A DNA stretch of 61,891 bases from Thermoplasmatales archaeon SG8-52-3 (GTDB lineage: Archaea > Thermoplasmatota > E2 > DHVEG-1). This document shows positions 54,444 through 61,891 of the stretch, piece by piece. The notes under the pieces are model-generated. The model made no database searches, was not told the DNA's origin, and saw nothing but the letters and a program-made list of their open reading frames with translations. Location of the stretch: contig LSSG01000053.1 of assembly GCA_001595915.1 (NCBI GenBank), positions 69,416 to 131,306 on the forward strand. Reading direction: 5' to 3'. Both the position numbers and the translations under genes were made by a program. The stretch's first letter is position 1. Each line of letters starts with the position of its first letter.

Positions 54444-55787
54444 ATGTTATTTAAAAATCAAAAACACATCATAAAAAATGGTAAAAACCAATATCTAAAA
54501 GAGATTAGAAGAAATGTTCTTGAAATTTTTACATCTGCAATAGAGTCTGTTGATCCTTACAATGTTGTTAGATCAAAAATAAATAACAATAAGATAATTT
54601 TTAATTCGGAAAAATTTGATATTTCAAATTATAAAAATATCCATTTAATTGGGTTTGGAAAGGCAAGTATTGGAATGGCAAAGGCAGTATATGACTCAAT
54701 TTCAATAAAAAAAGGAGCAATTATTACAAATGAAATAAATAACAGTTTTAAAAAAAATGGTTTGAATGTTTTATATGGTACTCATCCTATTCCTAGTGAA
54801 AAAAACATTAATGCAACAAACAAATTGATAAATATTTTGAAAAATTGTAATAAAAATGATCTTTTAATTGTTTTAATATCAGGTGGTGGCTCAGCATTAT
54901 TCTGTAAACCAAGAGTTAGTCTCTTAGACTTGCAAAAAGTAACAAATCTTTTGTTAAAATCAGGAGCAGACATAAAAGAAATAAATACTATTAGAAAACA
55001 TCTTTCTTACGTAAAAGGAGGACAGCTTGCTAAACTTGCTAATTGTACAGTCATATCTTTTATTATATCTGATATTATTGGTGACCCCATAGAATTTATT
55101 GCATCAGGACCTACCTATCCAGATTCGACAACTTTTATCCAAGCAAAAAAAATTTTGGAAAAATATGATTTATGGTTAAAGATTCCTTTATCAACTAAAA
55201 GAATAATAGATGAAGGTGTTGCAGGAAATATACCTGAAACACCAAAAGATAAGGATTCGGCTTTTGAAAATGTTTTTAATTTTATTGTTGCAAATAATAA
55301 AATGGCATGTTGTGCAGCTGATAAAAAAGCAAAAGAACTAGGTTACAAAACAATGATTCTTACTACTCTTCTAGATGGTTATGCCAAAGATAGAGGTAAA
55401 TTTCTTGTTGAGAAAGCATTAAATTATCAAACAAATGCAAAAAAGATGATATTTATATCTGGAGGAGAGACAACTGTAAAAGTTAAAGGTAAGGGAATTG
55501 GCGGTAGAAATCAAGAAATGGTTCTAGCTGGAGTAAATAAAATTGGAAAAAATAATATTGTTTTTTCATCATTTTCAACAGATGGAATAGATGGTAATTC
55601 TACTGCAGCTGGTGCAATAGCAGATACTTATACCTTAGAACGCGCAAAGGAAAAAAAGCTTAATCCAAATATTTTTTTAAAGGAGAATAACTCTAATAAA
55701 TTCTTTGAAAAACTTAATGATAACTTCATTACAGGGTCTACTGGAACAAATGTTATGGACATACAATTACTTATTAAATTTAAATAA
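54444..55787 (+). CDS. Glycerate 2-kinase (MOFRL family)
   Basis: GFGKAS, LISGGGSAL, IASGPT, SGGETTV, GGRNQE, TDGIDG, TGTNVMD. Confidence 0.93.
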   Translation: MLFKNQKHIIKNGKNQYLKEIRRNVLEIFTSAIESVDPYNVVRSKINNNKIIFNSEKFDISNYKNIHLIGFGKASIGMAKAVYDSISIKKGAIITNEINNSFKKNGLNVLYGTHPIPSEKNINATNKLINILKNCNKNDLLIVLISGGGSALFCKPRVSLLDLQKVTNLLLKSGADIKEINTIRKHLSYVKGGQLAKLANCTVISFIISDIIGDPIEFIASGPTYPDSTTFIQAKKILEKYDLWLKIPLSTKRIIDEGVAGNIPETPKDKDSAFENVFNFIVANNKMACCAADKKAKELGYKTMILTTLLDGYAKDRGKFLVEKALNYQTNAKKMIFISGGETTVKVKGKGIGGRNQEMVLAGVNKIGKNNIVFSSFSTDGIDGNSTAAGAIADTYTLERAKEKKLNPNIFLKENNSNKFFEKLNDNFITGSTGTNVMDIQLLIKFK

Positions 55788-55872
55788 ATAAATTAACCGT
55801 AAACTATATAAATTTAGATAATGCATAATAATTTAAAAATTATTAAATATTACTTATTATTGGAGAATATGT

Positions 55873-58800
55873 ATGAAATTAAATTATAACTGTAAAAAGC
55901 TATTTACAGTAATTGTTCTTTTCTTACTTGCTATCGGTTTAGTTTTTCCACCTAATATTTCTGCTAAATTCAATATTTCAAATGAAGATGGAGTTGCATT
56001 TGACGATTTTGAAAATGATGATAGTGTAACTCTTCAGAATTGTACCTTAGACACAAAAACAAATAGTATAACATTAAGTTATGAGCCACTAAATTTAACC
56101 TACAATTATGAAGAGAAACCAGAGAATATTGAGGCATGGAAAATTACAGATACCTTAATTACTCCAGGTGAGGGTGACTTTCTTCAACTTCTTTCAAAAT
56201 TCATAAATCCAAATCTGATACCAGGTTCAGAATTTAATTCCCAAGAATATACTGCAATAAAATATATGGATGAAGGAAAGATCGTAGAAACAAGTTCTGT
56301 TTGGTGGCGATATCTAAATTATACTTCATCTCCAATGAATTTATTCAGATTTAAAATTGATGAGGATGTTGATCTTATAGATAAATTCTGGGTGGGCTGG
56401 CAATCAGGAAACTATGAACCAACTGCAAATGTTCAAAAGATTTCTATGTATATTTGGAGTTATGGAGATAACATACCTCGCTGGAATTTAATTCATAGTA
56501 TAAAATATGATGAAAATGTAACTTATCCAAGAGGTTTTATTGGAGAAGAAGTAAGTAGTCAAAGATATGTTAGTGAGGAAGGTGGAGTCGACATTTTAAT
56601 TGTTGGAACTCCAACTAATGGAACTGGAAATGTTCATCAATCCAAATTAATTTCAGATTATGTTGAGATAAAACTGGGTATAGAAGAAGGTTATAATCCA
56701 AATGGCATTGTTTTTTCTGATTCTGTCACACCTCAAACCAGTAGATTTAAAGGCTGGGAGAGTGTATTCTGGGAGGGTTCAGAACAAAATAACAAAATCG
56801 ATATTAAAATACATATTTTAGATAAGGATAACAATCTTATTGATTCTCTCAATGGAAATTCAAATGGTTTTTCCACATCACCAATAGATTTATCTTCTTT
56901 GGGAGTTAATTATAAAGCAATAAAACTGAAAGCATTACTTCATTCTGAAAGCCCTCAATACACACCTGTTCTGAAAAGCTGGGGCGTTTTGTGGAGAACT
57001 ATTGATGGTTTCTATGATAACTTTACATATAATTATAGAATCAGTGATACTCTGGGAGTTAATATTGAGAATAACCAAGTAAAGCTTAGTAAATTTTATA
57101 GTGAATGGCCTTTATTTGGTAAAAACCCTTCAAATACCAGATCATATGCAGGATCAGATCCTGATGAAAGCGATAACGTAACCTTTTGGACAACAGATAT
57201 TGATAAAGATTATGGAGGTTGGTTTCGTAGTCCTGTAATGAGTGATGGATTGGTTTATATTGGATCAGATGATGAAAGAATTTATGCTTTTAATCTAATT
57301 AATGATTCTGATAATAAGATTCAGAGTCCATCTTTTTACAGTGGTGTTAATCACTATGTAGAATCATCTGTTGCTATAGGTGAAAATTCACAAAAAGAAA
57401 AACTAGTTATTGTTGCTACAAGTAAAAACGATACAAAATTTAATTATGTTGCTGCACTAAAAGCTGCAGATTTATCAACAGAATGGTCTACACATTTTTA
57501 TAATGATCTTACTAGCCCAATTTGTTTTTCCTCCTCCCCAACAATTGCAAATGATAGAGTTTATGTTACCTCATGGAGTGGAAGGTTTGCAAATATACCT
57601 CAACTTTACTATTTTTATTCTAGATTAAATACCATCCTAAATAATGCCCTAGGGTTAAATAACTATCTTTATGCTTTCGATATTGAAGATGGAGAAATAT
57701 CTGAGGGATACCCAATTTCTCTTCCCGCAGGTAGTCTATCAACTCCTGCTATAGACGATGGTATAATTTTTGTTGGCTGTGAAAATATTAAGGGACCAAG
57801 CTTACTTGCATTTGAGGAAAATAGTGGAAAATTAATATGGAATGTAAGTGTTGGAATGATAGGACGATCATCACCAGTCATTGCAGACAGTCAAAATGGT
57901 AAAATTGTTATTGTTCTCAGCAGAGAGCAAAGTGTACTATCATTTTCAGGTGAAGATAAAGTTTTTGCTCTAAGTGCAGAAACAGGCGAAATGCTTTGGA
58001 ATAAAACATTAGGAAATGAATCGACTCTTATAAGAACTACATTACTCAAGGGTCTTGATTTCAAAAATCTTATAGCAACCTCTGAACCCGCTTCAACTCC
58101 AGCAGTTTCGGGAGATACTGTATTTATTATGGCACCAAACGGAACGTTATTTGCATTAGATGTTGAAACAGGTGAAGAAATATGGAGGTTTAATATCAAA
58201 AAAAGTTTTGGTGGTATTTTGTCTACATATTATTGTTCTTCCCCAGCTGTTGTTGGTAACACTGTTTATATCAGTTCTGAAAATGGACATGTTTATGCAA
58301 TTAATGCAGATGATGGTAAACTTATAATTGAATATCCGATTGTATTTTCAGGGATAAAATTCCAACTTCTTTTATATTTTTACTCTTCACCCATTGTAAC
58401 AGATGGAGTAGTTATTGCAAGTGCAACAGAACTTTTACCAATTGGCTCAGAAAACATAGGTCATTTAATTTGCCTTGGAAATTATTCGGTTAACAACGTT
58501 GGAGAGATATATTCTACTCCTATTCATGTTCAATCAGGAAAATGGTGGAATAAGTTCAATGCAAAAGTTACTACTAATCCAGATAATAAAAGTAAAATTA
58601 CTTTTAGTATACTAGACGGAGAAGGAAATATCATTATGAGTAATCTTAATGGAAAAAATATTGATATATCTGATTCTAATATTTTTAATACAGGAATCAT
58701 CCAACTTTATGCAAAATTAGAGACAACAAATGACACTCCAATTCTTGAGAGTTGGTCAGTAACTTTTGAAACTGAAGAAAATCCACCAGTATTTGCAGAG

Positions 58801-60153
58801 AATACATTTTCACCTGATCCCAATGGATGGATAAATAGCAATAAACCAGTGTGTACAATTGAAGCTCGTGATATCCATCCAGGGCTTGATGTATCTTCAG
58901 CAAAATATAGACTTGTTTATAAAGATAACAAAAAATCAGATTGGTATGACGCAGAATGTACTGGTGAAAACGGAACTAAGATTAATCAAATTATAACAGC
59001 TGACGTGACACAGGTTGAACCTACCAGTCAATTAAAAAGAATTGAGATTTCTATTGAGGATCTATCAGGAAATAAAGCAATATTTGAACTTGCTAAAGAT
59101 TTTAAGCTAGATACAGAAACCCCAATATCTTATCTTGAATCTAGCCTACTGTCAAAATATAACGAACCCTTCAGAATAATAGCAAATGCAACAGATTATG
59201 GCGAAAATGTAAGCGGAGTTAAAACAATTACACTTTACTATAAACTCCAAGGACAAGAAAATTGGACTCAGTACGGGTTATCTGAATCACCATATGAATG
59301 GGATTTTGATACTGAAATTAGTGGGCTTTATGAGATTTCTACAATTGCAAAAGATAGAGCTGGAAATACTGAGGAATTTCCTGATGAAACAAAAAATTCC
59401 TTTATATTTGATAAAATCTTACCTGCAAAACCAGATTTAGAAGATTCCTATCAGTTTGCAACACTACCAAAACTATCGATTACCTTTTTAGATGACTATT
59501 TACTAAAAGACGTAGAATACAGATTGAATTTCAGAGGCGATTGGATTAAGATAAATGAGGAGGATATTAATAGTAACTCTTACAAGGGAGAATGGACGTT
59601 AGAAGAATTAGATTGGGAATATATAGAAGAAGATACTGATTATTTCATATACTTCAGAATAACTGATGCAGCAGGAAACATATATCAAACAATAAGAGAT
59701 CAAGATGCACTTAAAATTAAAAAGGATACAATCCCCCCAGGAACTAGTGTTGAAATTGACTTATCCGATCTAAAGGGTGGTGGATGGAAGGAAAAATACA
59801 AAATTTCAGCTTATATTCCTGTAGATGAAGATATCGGTTATGTTACTTTAGAATATAGGTATTCACCAAATAACGACAATTGGGGCAATTGGAAACAATA
59901 TGGTAAAAGTTTGAATAGTACTACTTATGGTTCTATCTATGAGTGGGAGTTTAATGCTGATGAAGGTAGTGGCTACTATGAGTTCAAAGTAAAGGTTTGG
60001 GATTATGCAGGAAACTATGTTGAGTCAATTCCTGAAAAAGTAAGTTTAACAATATTAAATTTAAGTCTATTGGCAATTTTAATTGTATTATTCATAGTTC
60101 TAATCATATTTACTCGTATTATAACAGTTAAAATGATTAAAAAAAGAGATTAA
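55873..60153 (+). CDS. Large cell-surface protein, PQQ-like beta-propeller + Ig-like repeats + C-terminal TM anchor
   Basis: Signal peptide; SSP(A/V)..W repeats; A.D.AGN Ig-like repeats; LSLLAILIVLFIVLIIF followed by basic tail. Confidence 0.8.
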   Translation: MKLNYNCKKLFTVIVLFLLAIGLVFPPNISAKFNISNEDGVAFDDFENDDSVTLQNCTLDTKTNSITLSYEPLNLTYNYEEKPENIEAWKITDTLITPGEGDFLQLLSKFINPNLIPGSEFNSQEYTAIKYMDEGKIVETSSVWWRYLNYTSSPMNLFRFKIDEDVDLIDKFWVGWQSGNYEPTANVQKISMYIWSYGDNIPRWNLIHSIKYDENVTYPRGFIGEEVSSQRYVSEEGGVDILIVGTPTNGTGNVHQSKLISDYVEIKLGIEEGYNPNGIVFSDSVTPQTSRFKGWESVFWEGSEQNNKIDIKIHILDKDNNLIDSLNGNSNGFSTSPIDLSSLGVNYKAIKLKALLHSESPQYTPVLKSWGVLWRTIDGFYDNFTYNYRISDTLGVNIENNQVKLSKFYSEWPLFGKNPSNTRSYAGSDPDESDNVTFWTTDIDKDYGGWFRSPVMSDGLVYIGSDDERIYAFNLINDSDNKIQSPSFYSGVNHYVESSVAIGENSQKEKLVIVATSKNDTKFNYVAALKAADLSTEWSTHFYNDLTSPICFSSSPTIANDRVYVTSWSGRFANIPQLYYFYSRLNTILNNALGLNNYLYAFDIEDGEISEGYPISLPAGSLSTPAIDDGIIFVGCENIKGPSLLAFEENSGKLIWNVSVGMIGRSSPVIADSQNGKIVIVLSREQSVLSFSGEDKVFALSAETGEMLWNKTLGNESTLIRTTLLKGLDFKNLIATSEPASTPAVSGDTVFIMAPNGTLFALDVETGEEIWRFNIKKSFGGILSTYYCSSPAVVGNTVYISSENGHVYAINADDGKLIIEYPIVFSGIKFQLLLYFYSSPIVTDGVVIASATELLPIGSENIGHLICLGNYSVNNVGEIYSTPIHVQSGKWWNKFNAKVTTNPDNKSKITFSILDGEGNIIMSNLNGKNIDISDSNIFNTGIIQLYAKLETTNDTPILESWSVTFETEENPPVFAENTFSPDPNGWINSNKPVCTIEARDIHPGLDVSSAKYRLVYKDNKKSDWYDAECTGENGTKINQIITADVTQVEPTSQLKRIEISIEDLSGNKAIFELAKDFKLDTETPISYLESSLLSKYNEPFRIIANATDYGENVSGVKTITLYYKLQGQENWTQYGLSESPYEWDFDTEISGLYEISTIAKDRAGNTEEFPDETKNSFIFDKILPAKPDLEDSYQFATLPKLSITFLDDYLLKDVEYRLNFRGDWIKINEEDINSNSYKGEWTLEELDWEYIEEDTDYFIYFRITDAAGNIYQTIRDQDALKIKKDTIPPGTSVEIDLSDLKGGGWKEKYKISAYIPVDEDIGYVTLEYRYSPNNDNWGNWKQYGKSLNSTTYGSIYEWEFNADEGSGYYEFKVKVWDYAGNYVESIPEKVSLTILNLSLLAILIVLFIVLIIFTRIITVKMIKKRD

Positions 60154-60167
60154 TTTCTATTAAAATG

Positions 60168-61124
60168 CTAAAAAAATGAAAATATCTTTTCAATGAGCTT
60201 GTCTACACCCTCAAAAGTATCACAAGATATTTTAAGATATTTTGAATCATTATTTTTCAAATCAGCTTTGTTTTCAACAATAATAAATATTGAATCAGTA
60301 AACATATCTTTTATTTGTGAAAGCAGGTTCATTTGTTCTTCTAGTCTATAACCACAGGTTTCTGTTGGATCAATTAAAAAAATAATAATATCTGCAAGGT
60401 GTTTTAGTGCTGCAATTGCTTGTTTTTCAATATCATTTTTTTCTGATATTGGTCTATCTAAAAGACCAGGTGTATCAATTATTTGAATACGCTTTAAAAT
60501 ATGTCTTTCTTTTCTCTCAATATGACCTACTGAAATCTCCGTGGTAGTAAAAGGATATTGTGCAATTTTTGGTTTAGCTGAAGATAAACATTTTAAAAGA
60601 GAGGATTTCCCAACATTTGGATATCCTCCAATTACAACAGTTGGAATATCTAATATCTCTGGAAATTTTTTTAGAATTTTTTGAGCCTCAATAAGATTTA
60701 TAAGTTCTTTATCAATCTGTCTAACTACACTAGATATTCTTCCAAATATCTCTTGCTGTTTAATTAATAAAAATTCAATTTTTCCAGATTTTTTTAATGA
60801 TCTTGATTGTTTAGAATATATCATTTGACAGGTTTTTCTTGCCCAATCAACAGCACCTAATGCTTTTTTTAATTTGTCAATACTAATCTTAATATCAATT
60901 AATTCTTGATAAAAAGTTGGTAAATTATCAATTGATGGGAAATTTTTAACATATTGTTCAAGCGTCGAAACAACAGTGTTTGAAAATGACTCTGTTTTAG
61001 CAATTATTGTCTTCTTTTTCCTGTAAAGGGCATTTCTATCAATTATTTGAACTTTATCTGTTTTTTTGAAAGCTTTCTGTAAAATTTCTTCAGCAGTTAG
61101 AACAATAGGTATTTTCCTAAACAT
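60168..61124 (-). CDS. NOG1 family GTP-binding protein
   Basis: GYPNVGKSSL, YPFTT, DTPGLLDRP, NKAD motifs. Confidence 0.93.
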   Translation of the reverse strand: MFRKIPIVLTAEEILQKAFKKTDKVQIIDRNALYRKKKTIIAKTESFSNTVVSTLEQYVKNFPSIDNLPTFYQELIDIKISIDKLKKALGAVDWARKTCQMIYSKQSRSLKKSGKIEFLLIKQQEIFGRISSVVRQIDKELINLIEAQKILKKFPEILDIPTVVIGGYPNVGKSSLLKCLSSAKPKIAQYPFTTTEISVGHIERKERHILKRIQIIDTPGLLDRPISEKNDIEKQAIAALKHLADIIIFLIDPTETCGYRLEEQMNLLSQIKDMFTDSIFIIVENKADLKNNDSKYLKISCDTFEGVDKLIEKIFSFF

Positions 61125-61212
61125 AATAATTGAAAAGCTCTATACGTTAGCTATAAATTAAGTCTTTTGGATTAAACACCTAAAAATTGGTTTGTTATTT
61201 CAAAGATTAATT

Positions 61213-61734
61213 CTATCTTGATATTTCTATTATACTTAAAAATACCTTCAATAATAAGAATCTATCAATAATTTTCTTGAAAAAATCATTTTGTAAAAAG
61301 TTATTATAGAAATTGTCTCTAGATGACCTATTTATACTAAAATACTCTCTTAAATTTATAGATGCCTCAGCTCGGTTTCCAGCATTATCATATCCAACAG
61401 CCTTGATGATAATAAATGGTACTGGTGGATATTTGAATTCCAGGATTACCTCATTTATAAGACTACCATTACTGTAAAAAATTTCTTTTAAGTTACCATT
61501 GAAATATATTTCCAATCTATCCATACCGCTAATTTCATCCATTGCAACTACCCAAACCGCAACCCAGTTATCACCAAGTATTTCAAAAATAAATTCTATA
61601 ACAGGTGGTGCTTGGATAACATTTATTTCTTCTTCAAATTGAATAGCTATGCATGGTTGAGTACCAATACTTAGAAACAAGGTTATTATTCCAACTACCA
61701 GCGTTTTATACAAAAAGACAGGATTTTTATTCAT
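61213..61734 (-). CDS. Secreted single Ig-like domain protein with amphipathic C-terminal tail variant
   Basis: Signal peptide; A.DEISGMDRLE..AVGYDNAGN; tail NRSSR..FFKKIIDRFLLLKVFL. Confidence 0.65.
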   Translation of the reverse strand: MNKNPVFLYKTLVVGIITLFLSIGTQPCIAIQFEEEINVIQAPPVIEFIFEILGDNWVAVWVVAMDEISGMDRLEIYFNGNLKEIFYSNGSLINEVILEFKYPPVPFIIIKAVGYDNAGNRAEASINLREYFSINRSSRDNFYNNFLQNDFFKKIIDRFLLLKVFLSIIEISR

Positions 61735-61891
61735 ATTCTTTTGTCCTCCCTCAATAATTTAATTATATAATTAGTATATAAAGTTTGGTAAAAACAATGC
61801 TTTGTGTCATTATTTTCACCTTGGATAAATAAGAACATTCCACAAAATCGTTCGTAACCACATTTCAACACTTCTATATCTCTCATTTATA

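Noticed and set aside
2367-58903. Numerous 60-125 aa ORFs antisense or out of frame within long genes (e.g. 5559, 16263, 19765, 33473, 42625, 46483, 57891)
   Set aside because: Fully nested in well-supported genes, with no RBS or motif and composition typical of shadow frames.

Overview
A very AT-rich archaeal chromosome segment. The gene content (A-type ATP synthase H/I, aIF5B, rpS8e, SRP19, SRP54, proteasome beta-aCPSF1, aIF1A-RIO1-Dim2, NOG1, intron-containing tRNA-Asn with a BHB motif) and the many secreted peptidases with PKD-like tails fit Thermoplasmatota, most likely MBG-D/DHVEG-1 (Ca. Thermoprofundales). The taxonomy is inferred. Housekeeping blocks alternate with about 20 genes for secreted proteins (M14, S8 and C25 peptidases, Omp28-like CxxC proteins, a beta-propeller, LamG, unknown beta-sandwich domains). 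Main candidate system: at least 13 unrelated signal-peptide proteins end in the same module, a PKD-like domain + [IM]P-R motif + non-transmembrane amphipathic tail (..L[FL]ERFP.L..LL). A second, alternative C-terminal domain (GG..GFG) is swapped onto the same cargo. This looks like an uncharacterised archaeal C-terminal sorting system. Many of these genes also share a TTAAC-N4-GTTAA palindrome just downstream of the TATA box, and a second set shares a TTGTAACATTTAAATAT promoter. Other oddities: a circularly permuted Omp28-like paralog, a BCP peroxiredoxin with TGA at the catalytic Cys, two tandem serine recombinases, a tRNA-Asn with a 21-bp D-arm duplication and a collapsed second copy 2.3 kb away, a small multiheme cytochrome c, a candidate sRNA, a metal-ligand-less HD protein, and several genes lacking canonical starts. 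No CRISPR array or rRNA was seen.
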